The translations under genes and the position numbers were made by a program. Shown here piece by piece: positions 17,284-27,726 of a stretch of DNA of 64,000 nucleotides. Position 1 is the first letter of the stretch. Every line of letters starts with the position of its first letter. The notes under the pieces are model-generated. The model ran no database searches and was not told the DNA's origin. It saw only the letters and a list, made by a program, of their open reading frames with translations. The DNA is from a virus, in IMG/VR virus record IMGVR_UViG_3300035671_000001, positions 18,506 through 82,505 of that record. One strand, given 5' to 3'.

Positions 17284-17564
17284 AGCCGCTTATGGTCTGC
17301 GTCGCAACACTGTTTGCTTTCGGTGCATTGGGCGGCACCAAGGCCGAGAACGATCTTCAGGGAATAGCGGCGATGGTGGTGTACGATGCCAATTGCGTGG
17401 GCTATGCGCTCGTGCCAATTGAAGTCAAGTTATGGGTAAAGGCGTACAGCGAACTGTACCCGCGCGAGCTTCCGATGGCGGTCACCGAGATCAAGAGAAC
17501 CATTTTTGATAAGATCGGCAAGGCCGAGTTCTGCACGTCCTTCGCCATGCCATTTTCGAGATGA
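17280..17564 (+). CDS. exported hypothetical protein
   Basis: Signal-peptide-like N-terminus. Confidence 0.5.
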   Translation: MKPLMVCVATLFAFGALGGTKAENDLQGIAAMVVYDANCVGYALVPIEVKLWVKAYSELYPRELPMAVTEIKRTIFDKIGKAEFCTSFAMPFSR

Positions 17565-17664
17565 GCGCTGTCATGAACTGGTTAGAACGGATCGTGGTGT
17601 GGTCGCTTGTGCTGGCGATCGGCATATCGATCTTCACCATCACAGCGTGTCAGGTGCCTGTGCG

Positions 17665-17850
17665 ATGAAGCGAACCGTTGCTATTTTGGAGGCCATGTGG
17701 CGTTCGTCCGATCAGGAGTGTGCTCGATTGGAAGCTGAAAACGAACGGCTGCTGGCTCTGGTCATGGAAGTCTGCAACGAGATTGATGAGTTGGGCTTTC
17801 CTGGGAAAGCAGATCAGTTCAAGCGCCGCGCGCTGGAGTCGAAGCCATGA
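17665..17850 (+). CDS. small coiled-coil protein
   Basis: ARLEAENERL heptads; coupled to the next ORF. Confidence 0.45.
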   Translation: MKRTVAILEAMWRSSDQECARLEAENERLLALVMEVCNEIDELGFPGKADQFKRRALESKP

Positions 17851-18191
17851 CCAGTCCGCTCCAAGCCGCTTACAACGAAGTTACTCTAACGAATAGCCGT
17901 CTGCGCGCGGCGCTAGAAATGAGCGAGCTTGCGCGGGATCGCGCGCTTGCCGAGGTCGAGCGGCTGAACGCTGAGCGTGCGGGTGACCAACAACGGCTCT
18001 TTCATTATGAGGCCGAGATCGAGCGGCTGAATCGCTATACTGAGCGATTGCGTGCCAATGCAGAGCGCGATGCTAATGAGATCGAGCGGCTGACGGCGCT
18101 GGTAGTGCAGCTAGAGTTCCGGCCCACCGACGGCGAAATCCGAGATGCCGTCAAGGCCGTCCAAGCGCTATTTCCTGGCATAAAGCCTTGA
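17847..18191 (+). CDS. coiled-coil repeat protein
   Basis: Three (A/N)E[IV]ERL repeats. Confidence 0.55.
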   Translation: MTSPLQAAYNEVTLTNSRLRAALEMSELARDRALAEVERLNAERAGDQQRLFHYEAEIERLNRYTERLRANAERDANEIERLTALVVQLEFRPTDGEIRDAVKAVQALFPGIKP

Positions 18192-18258
18192 CGCCGCCGG
18201 CCGAATCGAGGACCACCTCCTCCACCGGGACCGACCTCCGGGTAGGAGATCGGGTTGC

Positions 18259-18759
18259 ATGGATGCCAAATGGTACGTGGCTCAGCTCAAGAATGGGCGC
18301 GAACGGGTAGCGATACGCGGGCTTGGTGACCAGGGATTCGAGAGCTACTACCCGCAAATGCAGGTGACGCGAGCCCGCAATGGGCGCGTGATCGATGACA
18401 CTGAGCCGGTATTCCCCTGCTATTTATTCCTGCGATCACAGCCTGACGCCTACTCTTGGCGCTCCATCAACAACACCCGAGGCGTGATCCGGCTGCTGGG
18501 CAATGACCAGCCGTGCTCGCTCCCGGATCGCGACGTCGAGCACCTCAAACTGCGCGAGAAAACGGGACAACTGCGGCATCCGCACCGCCGCCAGATCAGG
18601 GCTGGTGACGTGGTGGAGTTCAAGCTCGGCACCTTCGTCGGGCTCCAGGGCATCTGCCAGTGGACGCGGAGAGAGCGCATTTCCGTGTTGCTTCAAATTC
18701 TTGGCGGCAGTAGCGTCACCATCGCGCCACGCGATTGGCTCAAGCTCGCTGTTGCCTGA
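18259..18759 (+). CDS. NusG/RfaH-like transcription antitermination factor
   Basis: WYVAQLK, PVFPCYLF and INNTRGV NGN motifs; KOW-like GDVV...GTFVG. Confidence 0.88.
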   Translation: MDAKWYVAQLKNGRERVAIRGLGDQGFESYYPQMQVTRARNGRVIDDTEPVFPCYLFLRSQPDAYSWRSINNTRGVIRLLGNDQPCSLPDRDVEHLKLREKTGQLRHPHRRQIRAGDVVEFKLGTFVGLQGICQWTRRERISVLLQILGGSSVTIAPRDWLKLAVA

Positions 18760-18843
18760 GGGATCTTGCCAAAGCTGGTCTGTCTGGAGCCTTCGGGGAC
18801 AAAATCCGATTCAGCGTCAGTGCGGAAGCCGGGGAATAATCCC

Positions 18844-19221
18844 ATGCTCTACGATCCCAAAATAGACAAGCGCAATCAGCGTTTGGCCACCGTGCTTGAC
18901 ATCATGGCCGAGCGCATCGGCAAGAACGAACACGCTTGGTGCCAGGATTCGTTCCTAAAGTACGTTAAAGGCAATGACGACTTCGCCGTCTGTCTGGTCG
19001 AGGCGGTGTCACAGAGCACTGACAAAGGCGAGCGCAGAGAGCCATTCTACAATGCACTGGCGCGTGAGTTGCCTACCCGGATGGCCGGACTTCTCAGCCA
19101 TAAGTCCATGAGTGCGCGTGACAAGCTAATTTTCTTCAACGACTACAAAAGCACCGATCTTCCCCAAGTGCTCGATCTGATTGCACGAGCACGCGCCAAA
19201 GTGCCGGTGCCATGCGATTAG
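18844..19221 (+). CDS. hypothetical phage protein
   Basis: WCQ...CLVEAV...FND...VLDLIARA pattern. Confidence 0.55.
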   Translation: MLYDPKIDKRNQRLATVLDIMAERIGKNEHAWCQDSFLKYVKGNDDFAVCLVEAVSQSTDKGERREPFYNALARELPTRMAGLLSHKSMSARDKLIFFNDYKSTDLPQVLDLIARARAKVPVPCD

Positions 19222-19271
19222 GGAATTATTGCCAGCCCAGAGTCTAAAGCAGGACGCGGATTTGGAAATCT

Positions 19272-19742
19272 ATGGATAGCGGCTACAAGAAACAACACCG
19301 AAAGCCGGGTCCTAAAAAGAAGCGCGGAAGGCCCAAAGGCCGCCTAGATAAGCTTACCATCTACAAGCAGATCACCGCCCAACGCAACATGCTCGCGGCC
19401 GCTAACTACAAAGTCGCCACCGAGCATATGGATGAGCAAATCGGCTGGCTCGAAGGGCTAACCGCAGTGCTCAATCCATTCGACGACAAGGGCCACGTGC
19501 TCAAGGGCATGAGCCCACAGCTCTACTTCAAAGCAGTCGAACTGTACCGCGATTTCCTCGGCCTGCGGGCGCCGTACCAATCGCCACGGCTGTCGGCAGT
19601 GCAGATTTCCCCACCGCAGCGACAGCGCGAAACAACGGTTAATGTCACCATTCTCAACGATCGCGGCGAGCAGGTGTATTCCGATGCGCCCGAGGACATT
19701 AAGCAGATCGAGCACGTGCCCGGCGACGAGGAGGCAGCGTGA
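19272..19742 (+). CDS. putative terminase small subunit
   Basis: N-terminal GRPKG, APYQSPRLSAV motif, position upstream of the large terminase. Confidence 0.55.
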   Translation: MDSGYKKQHRKPGPKKKRGRPKGRLDKLTIYKQITAQRNMLAAANYKVATEHMDEQIGWLEGLTAVLNPFDDKGHVLKGMSPQLYFKAVELYRDFLGLRAPYQSPRLSAVQISPPQRQRETTVNVTILNDRGEQVYSDAPEDIKQIEHVPGDEEAA

Positions 19743-20158
19743 TGGAAACCACTGGCCTGTGCGATCTTTGCGGCATGGGTTGGTGTGGGCGCCCGTGTTT
19801 CCGCGATGCAAAGAAGCGTAACGGGCTGCTGTTTCATGCTGATGGGCGGGCCAAGACGCTCAAGGAGCGCGGGCTCGCTTGGGACAGCCCACCTCTAATT
19901 CAGACCGCGCCTAATCCGAAGCGGCGCGCGATTACTCCGCACCTCAAGTTGCTCTTAGGCAAGAAGGGCGTTGCAAAGGATGTCCCGAAAGTCGGGGCGG
20001 ATGTCTCGAAAGTCCCAAATGTCTCGAAAGTCGAGAAGCCTGTCTCGAAAGTCGAGGAGCGTAAGATGGGCCGCCCTGCCTCGGGGCTCTCGCCTGCTGA
20101 GCGCAAGCGCCGGCAGCGCGAGGCGAAAAAGGGCAAGCCGCTCGACTTCAAGGGCTGA
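19739..20158 (+). CDS. basic hypothetical protein
   Basis: VSKV repeats, MGRP...SPAERKRRQR. Confidence 0.55.
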   Translation: MMETTGLCDLCGMGWCGRPCFRDAKKRNGLLFHADGRAKTLKERGLAWDSPPLIQTAPNPKRRAITPHLKLLLGKKGVAKDVPKVGADVSKVPNVSKVEKPVSKVEERKMGRPASGLSPAERKRRQREAKKGKPLDFKG

Positions 20159-20297
20159 ACCGTGCGTGATCCCCAGTCCGAACTCACAGCCATCAAGCTG
20201 CAGCTCATGCGCAGTGCGCTCACGCGAGTGACTTCACCTTATTCAATGGGCGGGCGGCCGAAGAGCTTACGTCCTGTCACGTTGCCGGAGTTGAACG

Positions 20298-20486
20298 GTG
20301 CAGCAAGTCGAATGTCCATGTTGCCACGGCGAGCGCATGCTGTGGCTGTACCAGGAAGATGCTGAGCTGGGGCAGCTTGAGCCTGCGCGGGTGCAGTGCT
20401 GTCACTGCGAAGGCATCGGCACCGTTGAGGCTGAAGTTTCTGGTGCGCCTCCACCGCTGCGATCGTGGTGGCAGTGGCGGCTATGA
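20298..20486 (+). CDS. small CxxCxG Zn-finger protein
   Basis: CPCCHGE...CCHCEGIG; overlaps the terminase start. Confidence 0.5.
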   Translation: MQQVECPCCHGERMLWLYQEDAELGQLEPARVQCCHCEGIGTVEAEVSGAPPPLRSWWQWRL

Positions 20487-21760
20487 TCGAGCCTGCTCAG
20501 CATAAGCTCAAGTACCAGAGGCCGAAGCTTTACGCCAAGCAGAGCGCGGCTATGTTCGATCCGCGCCGGATCTCGCTGATCGAGGCGTCGACTAAGAGCG
20601 GCAAGACAGTCAGCGGCATTGCGTGGCTGTACGAGCAAGCGATTAAAGGCAAGCCTGGACAGAATTATTGGTGGGTTGCGCCGGTGTCGATGCAAGCGCG
20701 CATCGCGTTCAATCGTATGCAGCGACACTTCACTGCCAAGGACACCGGGCTCTCGGTGTTCGGCGTCAACCGTACCGATCACACTCTCACTACGCACAAG
20801 GAAACGGTGATTGCGTTTCGCTCGGGTGATCACCCTGACACGCTTTACGGTGAAGACGTCTATGCTTGTGTGATTGACGAGGCGTCGCGCTTCAAGGAAG
20901 AGAGCTGGCATGCGATCCGCTCAACGCTCACTGCTACGCGCGGGCCGATTCGAATAATTGGAAATGTCAAAGGCAGAAAAAATTGGTTCTACCAGCTTGC
21001 GCGTAGAGCTGAGCAGGGCTTTCCGAATCTCGGCTACCACAAGCTCACGGCCTATGACGCGATCGCGGCTGGTGTGCTCGACAAGAATGAGATCAGCGCG
21101 GCCAAGGCGACGCTGCCTGATCATGTGTTCCGCGAGCTGTACCTTGCCGAGCCGAGCGACGATGAGGGTAATCCGTTCGGTGCACAGCACGTGCGCAATT
21201 GCTTTGCGCCGCTGTCCAAGCGTCCTGCTGTAGCGTGGGGTTGGGATCTTGCGCGTAAGATGGATTGGACTGTGGGTATTGGGCTTGATGCCGACGGCCG
21301 TGTGTGCGAAGCGCTACGGTTTCAGAAGCCGTGGCACGAGCAGGTAGATATCATCAAGAAGTTCGTGCAGAACACACCCGCGCTTGTGGACGAGACGGGT
21401 GTTGGTGATCCGATTATCGAAGCCATCAAGCAGCCTGTGAAGAAGGGCGGCAATGGTGCTGAGGTGATTGAGCTGAGCTGCCCGAGGCTTGAGGGCTACC
21501 GGTTCACGATGGCCAGCAAGCAGATGTTGATGGAAGGGTTGGCGCTGGCGATCCACGAGCGCAAGATACGTTTTCCTGAGGGGCCGATCAGCATCGAGCT
21601 GCTGAACTTCGAGTATGAGTTCACGCGGCTCGGCATTCGTTACTCGGCGCCGTCTGGAATGCACGACGATTGTGTGTGTGCATTGGCTCTGGCATGGCGA
21701 TGCTTCGACAACAAGAAGCTGAATTACGATCTCGATCTGTCATGGATTGGCGGGGACTGA
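20483..21760 (+). CDS. terL: terminase large subunit
   Basis: TKSGKT Walker A, VIDEA Walker B, GWDLARKMD and HDDCVCALALA nuclease motifs. Confidence 0.92.
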   Translation: MIEPAQHKLKYQRPKLYAKQSAAMFDPRRISLIEASTKSGKTVSGIAWLYEQAIKGKPGQNYWWVAPVSMQARIAFNRMQRHFTAKDTGLSVFGVNRTDHTLTTHKETVIAFRSGDHPDTLYGEDVYACVIDEASRFKEESWHAIRSTLTATRGPIRIIGNVKGRKNWFYQLARRAEQGFPNLGYHKLTAYDAIAAGVLDKNEISAAKATLPDHVFRELYLAEPSDDEGNPFGAQHVRNCFAPLSKRPAVAWGWDLARKMDWTVGIGLDADGRVCEALRFQKPWHEQVDIIKKFVQNTPALVDETGVGDPIIEAIKQPVKKGGNGAEVIELSCPRLEGYRFTMASKQMLMEGLALAIHERKIRFPEGPISIELLNFEYEFTRLGIRYSAPSGMHDDCVCALALAWRCFDNKKLNYDLDLSWIGGD

Positions 21761-22269
21761 ATCCATTTGGACCGAGGAAGGTAGGGAGTTTGATGTGATT
21801 ACATTACGAGAGTTTGTATGCAAGGAATGTGGCCACAAAGTTGTGGTGCATCCTCGTTTGCCCCTCGATTATACGCCTAACATTTGTTGTGAGTGCTACG
21901 AGCACGGCCAGCCAAAACGCCGAGATGCTGAGGCTAGGATTTTCAATAAGGCGGTAGAGATTATGCGTTTATGTGGGGAGGTGACTGACATGACAAAGGA
22001 CTGTCAGCACGGGTTCAGCTCGCAAGCGCTGTGCCCGGTGTGTCAGCATTTCGGGAAGATTGCAGCCGCAGAGGCGGCTGAGCGTGAGCAGCGAGATTTC
22101 AGCACTATCGTCGACGCGTCCCGGCCTCGCACGAATCCCGGCGCGCCCGACGAGGCCAGCAGCTCCGGCTGACAATTCCTCCTCAGCTCGGAGCCGTTCG
22201 GGCGATTAGACAGATAGCACGAATTGACGTGCTTCAAACTATCGGGGCGACTGTAAGCGCCCGCCTGTC

Positions 22270-22458
22270 TTGGTGATCAACAAAGAGGAGAAAGACGGAG
22301 TAATGCCCGAAGAGACTCAGCTCGATCGTATCGAGGCGCTGTTGCGTCAGCTACTTGCGGCGCTGATCAAGATGAACATGCGCCTCGACGTTGTGTGCGG
22401 GCACGAGCTGAAGGAGCCCGAACAGCAGCTCCGCTTCTTCGGCGAGGTCCCGCTTTAG
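22270..22458 (+). CDS. small hypothetical protein
   Basis: QLDRIEALLRQLL motif; GGAG RBS before an internal ATG. Confidence 0.45.
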   Translation: MVINKEEKDGVMPEETQLDRIEALLRQLLAALIKMNMRLDVVCGHELKEPEQQLRFFGEVPL

Positions 22459-22530
22459 AAAGACATGAGAGCACGTGCGGGGACCTTCGGGGGAGGCGGG
22501 GACACATGCTCTCACGATCAAGCCGAGCTG

Positions 22531-22674
22531 TTACCGCTGTGGCGGTTGCTGCGGCTGATTGGGTGGTCTCGGTGCTCCGCCCGGAGGCGGCTTCTGTTCG
22601 GGTTGCGGGTTCTGCGTCGGGTTCGGGTTCTGCACCGGATCGTTCGGATTCGGATCAATTGGATTGTTGGGCAT
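22531..22674 (-). CDS. 47-aa Pro/Asn/Gln-rich peptide
   Basis: MPNNPIDPNPNDPVQNPNP...PPQR with a GGAG RBS on the minus strand. Confidence 0.55.
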   Translation of the reverse strand: MPNNPIDPNPNDPVQNPNPTQNPQPEQKPPPGGAPRPPNQPQQPPQR

Positions 22675-22765
22675 TTCGCTCCGTTACCTGTTCTTGACCC
22701 ACCTGCCGCACAACAACACCGCGACAAGCTACTTCGTTCCTTGAGGGAAATGATGGGCGCTTAAG

Positions 22766-24964
22766 ATGGCGATGCAGTTCAGCACATGGATGACGCGTTG
22801 GGACCCGAACGAGTACACCTTGTTCCGGCATCGCCTGCGCGGCGTGCAGTTCATCGGCCCCGACGTCATGCGGCGCTGGGACGTCACGCTGGCGACGAAC
22901 AGCATCGACCTCAACGATCCGATTATTCCTGCCTTCAAGGACGCGCTGATCAAGGAGGGCATCCTCCTGCCCGCGCGCGCGGAGTTGATCTTCGCGGCGG
23001 AGACAGGAGGCGAGCCTCCAGCCGAAGGGCAAGGGCCGCAAGGTCCGGCGGGACCGCCCGGCGCGACTGGGCCAGCGGGGCCAGCAGGGCCAGCAGGGCC
23101 AGCAGGGCCAGCGGGTCCACCGGGCAGCGGAGCTGGTGGTGGAATCGAAGAGGCGCCGATCGACGGCCAGCTCTACGGCCGCAAGGATGCGGCGTGGTCG
23201 CAGGTCACTGGAACGGGCGGACAGCCGGGGCCGGCAGGGCCTCCGGGACCGGCAGGCGCGGACGGCAAGGACGGCAAGGACGGTAAGGACGGCAAAGACG
23301 GTGCGCAGGGGCCGCAAGGTGATCAGGGTCCGCAGGGCACGCAGGGACCGGCAGGACCGGCCGGGGCCGAGGGCGTGCAGGGTCCGGCAGGTCAAGGTGG
23401 CGTGCAGGGCGTGCAGGGTGAGCCGGGACCGCAGGGATCGCCTGGGCTGAATGGTGCGCCGGGGTTGCCGGGATCACCGGGTGCGCAAGGCCCGACGGGC
23501 GCGGACGGCGCGCCAGGAGTTGGACTGCCGGGCGCGGCAGGGCCGCAAGGTTTACAGGGACCGGCGGGCGTGGACGGTGCGCAGGGTCCGGCTGGTCCCG
23601 AGGGCGCGGTCGGCCCGCAGGGCGTCGCGGGCGGAGTTGGTCCGCAGGGAATCCAAGGACCCGGAGGCCCGCAAGGCGTGCAAGGCGAGCCGGGGTCGAT
23701 CGGCCCCGCCGGCGCGCAGGGTGCGCAGGGCATGCAGGGGCCGTCCGGTGACACTGTCACGATCATCGGCAGCTTCAGTAACAAAGCGATCGCTGATCTA
23801 CCGCCGTCAGGCTACGTGCCTGCGGATTGGGATTCGCCCGGCGTGCCGCCTCTGGGCAACCAGATGGCGAACGGCCAGGGCTTGTTGCACACGCCGACGC
23901 AAACGGTTTGCTTGTGGGTTGGTCCAACGCTCACGCCCTCGGGTTGGGTCGAGCTGGGGAATGTGCAAGGTCCGATTGGGCCGACTGGTGCGGCGGGGCC
24001 AGCAGGCGCGCAAGGTCCACAAGGTGTGCAAGGTCCGCCGGGAGCTGATGCTGCGCCGGGTCCAACGGGAGCAACCGGCGCGGCTGGTCCACAAGGGCCG
24101 CAAGGTGATCCGGGTGCGCAGGGTATTCAGGGCATACCGGGATCACCGGGCGCTGCCGGAGCGCAGGGCGCGCAAGGCCCGCAAGGCATCGCTGGTCCGC
24201 AGGGCGCCAAGGGCGATCCTGGAACGCCGGGCCTGACTGGCGCGCAGGGTCCGAAGGGCGATACCGGTGCGCAGGGAACGCCGGGATCGACGGGCGCGCA
24301 GGGTCCGGCCGGAACGCAAGGCGTGCAAGGCGTGCAGGGCGTGCCGGGTCCGACTGCGGTGTCGGCGAATGCAGGCAACACCGCGACGCTCGGCACCGAC
24401 AATCTGATCTATGTGCCGACGCTGCCTCCGGCCTCTAACGCTACGCCGACGATGGACGGCACGGCGACGGTTGGTGTTGCGACGGCCTGGGCGCGCGGCG
24501 ACCATGTGCATCCGAGCGACACCTCGCGCATGGCGAAGGTCGGTACGACAGCCGTTGGCAACGCGGCGGCCGGCGAGATCGGCGAGGTGCTCTCGACCAG
24601 CGTCACCACCGGCGTCACGCTGGCCAGCGGCACGGCGGCGAACGTCGGGACGCTGAGCCTGACCCCGGGCGACTGGGACGTGAGCGCGCAGCTCGTGTTC
24701 AACCCCGGCACCAACCTCACCATCATGGCGGCGGCGATCTCGCTGACCTCGGCGACACTGCCAACAGCAGCGCAGCTCGCAGCGGGCACCGGGGCGATGC
24801 AGCAGTTGCGCGCATCGTTCGCGGCCTCGGCGGCCGAGATGCTGCAGAGCGGGTCGTGCCGCGTGAACGTCAGCACGACCACGACCGTCTACATGGTGGC
24901 GATGGTGACCGGCACGGGGACGTGGACGGGGACCGGCTTCATCAGTGCGCGCAGGCGGCGCTGA
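22766..24964 (+). CDS. collagen-like triple-helix virion protein
   Basis: Long Gly-X-Y runs, [13 protein letters not shown] motif, [10 protein letters not shown], beta-rich C-terminus. Confidence 0.85.
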   Translation: MAMQFSTWMTRWDPNEYTLFRHRLRGVQFIGPDVMRRWDVTLATNSIDLNDPIIPAFKDALIKEGILLPARAELIFAAETGGEPPAEGQGPQGPAGPPGATGPAGPAGPAGPAGPAGPPGSGAGGGIEEAPIDGQLYGRKDAAWSQVTGTGGQPGPAGPPGPAGADGKDGKDGKDGKDGAQGPQGDQGPQGTQGPAGPAGAEGVQGPAGQGGVQGVQGEPGPQGSPGLNGAPGLPGSPGAQGPTGADGAPGVGLPGAAGPQGLQGPAGVDGAQGPAGPEGAVGPQGVAGGVGPQGIQGPGGPQGVQGEPGSIGPAGAQGAQGMQGPSGDTVTIIGSFSNKAIADLPPSGYVPADWDSPGVPPLGNQMANGQGLLHTPTQTVCLWVGPTLTPSGWVELGNVQGPIGPTGAAGPAGAQGPQGVQGPPGADAAPGPTGATGAAGPQGPQGDPGAQGIQGIPGSPGAAGAQGAQGPQGIAGPQGAKGDPGTPGLTGAQGPKGDTGAQGTPGSTGAQGPAGTQGVQGVQGVPGPTAVSANAGNTATLGTDNLIYVPTLPPASNATPTMDGTATVGVATAWARGDHVHPSDTSRMAKVGTTAVGNAAAGEIGEVLSTSVTTGVTLASGTAANVGTLSLTPGDWDVSAQLVFNPGTNLTIMAAAISLTSATLPTAAQLAAGTGAMQQLRASFAASAAEMLQSGSCRVNVSTTTTVYMVAMVTGTGTWTGTGFISARRRR

Positions 24965-24986
24965 GCAATTTAGAAGGTTCTAAACT

Positions 24987-26573
24987 ATGACACGCCCAAC
25001 AATCCGCAGAGGCGATCAGGGCTCGCTCGTGATTGATGTGCAGAATTGTCTACTGGAGACGGCCGACGTCGACGGCGATTTCGGTGCGCAGACCGAGCAG
25101 GCGGTGCGCGACTATCAGGAGTACGAACACATCAGTGTCGATGGTGTTGTTGGCCCAATGACGTGGGAGCACCTCGACACGGATTATGAGCTGTCGCCAT
25201 ACCCCCCAGCACTGCTACCGCCGCTTGAGCCGGCGACTGCAAAGAAAATCACTGATCTGGCCATGCAGTCGCCGGTCGCGGATTACAATTGGAGCGACAG
25301 AGGCATGTCGCCTCCGGGCTACACCAAGGGCATGGCGCTCGGTTATGCCACGTTGGTGCGTAAGTTGTATGTGGGAGACAGCGCTGCGCTCGACATGGCG
25401 CAGGCCGACACCGGCGATGACGATAAGGATGCGCTCGCTTGGTATGCGGACGTGTACGAAGACCTTGAGATGGACAACGACGAGGACGGGCTGCCGACGT
25501 TGCGCCACTTGTATTGCCTGCTCTGGGGTCTCGGCATGCGCGAGAGCAGCGGGCGCCATTGCGAGGGTCGCGATCAAAGCGCTGAGAACACGAGCAGCAC
25601 GACGGCAGAGGCGGGATTATTTCAGCAGAGCCAAAATTCGAGTTCGTGCTCGACTGAGATCCAGAAGCTACTCGACGAGTACATGTCCAACATTGGCTCC
25701 CAGCAATGCGCGCTTGATGTTTTCAAGGAAGGTGTTGGCTGCTCGTCGAGTGAGTGGGCTTGCTATGGCAGCGATGTTGGCTACGACTTTCAGGACACCT
25801 GCAAGAAGTGCCCACAGTACGCCGTCGAGGCGTGCTTGATCGGGCTGCGCCATTTGCGTCAGCACTGGGGGCCAATCAACGAGCACGCCGCCGAGGTCAA
25901 TCCGTATGTGGACGATCTTTTGATAGAGATCGAGCGCGTTCTTGCTGTATCGCCTGATGTGCCGATCGAGCCTGATGAGCCGGACGATCCGCTGCATCAT
26001 CCTGCGCCGAAGCCGCCCGAGGTGGAAGAAGTGCCGGAGCTGCCCAACCTACGCGCTATTTGCATTTCCAGTGGGCACGGTTTGAAGGTGCGCGGCGCGG
26101 CTGGGCCATCGCCGTGGGGCCTCGACGAGGTTGACGAAGCGAGGCGGGTAGTCTCGCGCGTTGTTGAATTGTTGGAGGAGGCTGGCGGTTCGGTGGTGGA
26201 ATTCCACGACAACACTTCTACCACGCAGAGTCAGAATCTCTCGACCATTACAACGTTCCACAACAAGCAGCAGAGAGACCTGGACGTAAGCATTCATTTC
26301 AACTGCTACGATCAGACGGCGCATGGGGTCGAGGTTCTCTATCTCACGCAGGAGAAACTTGCAGACAAGATTTCGAAAGCGATAGCCGATGCCGCCGGGC
26401 TCACCAACAGAGGTCCGAAGTATCGTGGCGATTTGGCTTTTCTAAACAACACGACCAAGCCGGCGGTGCTAATCGAGACCCTGTTCTGCGACAACCAGGG
26501 GGACACGGACGCGTACCGTTCTGAGTTCAACGCGATCTGCGAAGCGATCGCGAGAAGCATCGCAGTCATCTGA
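24987..26573 (+). CDS. modular endolysin: PG-binding domain, central domain, N-acetylmuramoyl-L-alanine amidase (Amidase_3)
   Basis: DGDFG..TEQAVR...DGVVGPMTW; SSGHG, DE, SIHFN and AVLIE motifs. Confidence 0.85.
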   Translation: MTRPTIRRGDQGSLVIDVQNCLLETADVDGDFGAQTEQAVRDYQEYEHISVDGVVGPMTWEHLDTDYELSPYPPALLPPLEPATAKKITDLAMQSPVADYNWSDRGMSPPGYTKGMALGYATLVRKLYVGDSAALDMAQADTGDDDKDALAWYADVYEDLEMDNDEDGLPTLRHLYCLLWGLGMRESSGRHCEGRDQSAENTSSTTAEAGLFQQSQNSSSCSTEIQKLLDEYMSNIGSQQCALDVFKEGVGCSSSEWACYGSDVGYDFQDTCKKCPQYAVEACLIGLRHLRQHWGPINEHAAEVNPYVDDLLIEIERVLAVSPDVPIEPDEPDDPLHHPAPKPPEVEEVPELPNLRAICISSGHGLKVRGAAGPSPWGLDEVDEARRVVSRVVELLEEAGGSVVEFHDNTSTTQSQNLSTITTFHNKQQRDLDVSIHFNCYDQTAHGVEVLYLTQEKLADKISKAIADAAGLTNRGPKYRGDLAFLNNTTKPAVLIETLFCDNQGDTDAYRSEFNAICEAIARSIAVI

Positions 26574-26597
26574 AGCAGCAAACTGGAGGTAAGTGTA

Positions 26598-27287
26598 ATG
26601 AATGGACAACCGTTTCTAGCTTTGATCACTCCCATTAGTGGAGGTGGAGGGCAGCCGCCTCCGTTGCAGCCGGGTTATCCGACGCATCCGTGGGTGCCGC
26701 CTTATGGACCGTCGCATCCGATCGCGCCGGGTGGCCCACCTCCGCAAATCTGGGGACCGATCGGTCCTTACCCGGACGCCGGCTTCCCGGGTCCGCAGCC
26801 CGGTGGCCCGACCTATCCTTCGCACCCGATCTATTATCCGGGCGCGCGCCCAGACCAAGGTCTGCCGGGACAGCAGCCGCGTCCCGACCAGAGCTTGCCG
26901 TGGCCGCAGCCGCATCCGTCGCACCCGATTGCGCCGGGAGGACAGCCGCCGTCACCAAGCCATCCTATCGTCTACCCGCCTTATGTTGACATCGGCTTCC
27001 CTGGACCGCAGCCGCATCCGTCGCACCCGATCGTGCTGCCGCCGATCCAGCCGGGCGGGCCACCGCTCGTTATTTGGGGAGGCCCGTTCCTGCCGCCTTA
27101 CGTTGATATCGGATTCCCTCTTCCACAGCCGCATCCGGAGCATCCGATTGTGATCCCGCCGCTGCCGCCGGAGCCGCCCGGTGAGGCAGTCAAGCCGCCG
27201 CCTCCGGGTGGTGGTTGGGCTTATGCCCCTGGTTATGGCTGGGGCTATTTCCCTGGCACCGGAGGTGTAGCGGGGCCGAAGACCTAG
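26598..27287 (+). CDS. proline-rich repeat protein (PSHPI repeats)
   Basis: GGAGG RBS; repeated P(S/T/E)HPI and PD/VDxGFPGPQP units. Confidence 0.7.
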   Translation: MNGQPFLALITPISGGGGQPPPLQPGYPTHPWVPPYGPSHPIAPGGPPPQIWGPIGPYPDAGFPGPQPGGPTYPSHPIYYPGARPDQGLPGQQPRPDQSLPWPQPHPSHPIAPGGQPPSPSHPIVYPPYVDIGFPGPQPHPSHPIVLPPIQPGGPPLVIWGGPFLPPYVDIGFPLPQPHPEHPIVIPPLPPEPPGEAVKPPPPGGGWAYAPGYGWGYFPGTGGVAGPKT

Positions 27288-27366
27288 TGTAACGGCATGG
27301 ACTTGTGACTTCGGGTGCCAATGCCGTCCCTGACCGTTGAGACCAGTCCGAAGGGGATGGCAACCA

Positions 27367-27726
27367 ATGTCTACGTGGGTCAACCGTAATCCGTTTATCT
27401 TTCTCGGCGGGTTATTGGCTCTGTGGCTCGGCGTTTTCTCGATCAGCTTTTATGCTTCGAGTGTTGGAGCACCGGCGCCTTCGTATCCGGCGCCGTTGCC
27501 ACCGTCACAACACGACGAGCACTTGCTTGCGCTCGATCGCGCTGGCATCGAGGCCGCCTATCGCGAGCAGGTGACGTTGCTGTTTAAGAATTGGATGAAT
27601 GACCCGAGCACACATCAGCCAAATCGCGCACTGACAGGATTACGCAACGCCGCGAAGGCTTACGTCGAGGCCATGGACGGGGCCAATCGTCGGGAAGAGC
27701 AACTGAGGACCAGACAACAGAGATGA
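27367..27726 (+). CDS. membrane-anchored hypothetical protein
   Basis: N-terminal hydrophobic helix; overlaps the portal start. Confidence 0.55.
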   Translation: MSTWVNRNPFIFLGGLLALWLGVFSISFYASSVGAPAPSYPAPLPPSQHDEHLLALDRAGIEAAYREQVTLLFKNWMNDPSTHQPNRALTGLRNAAKAYVEAMDGANRREEQLRTRQQR

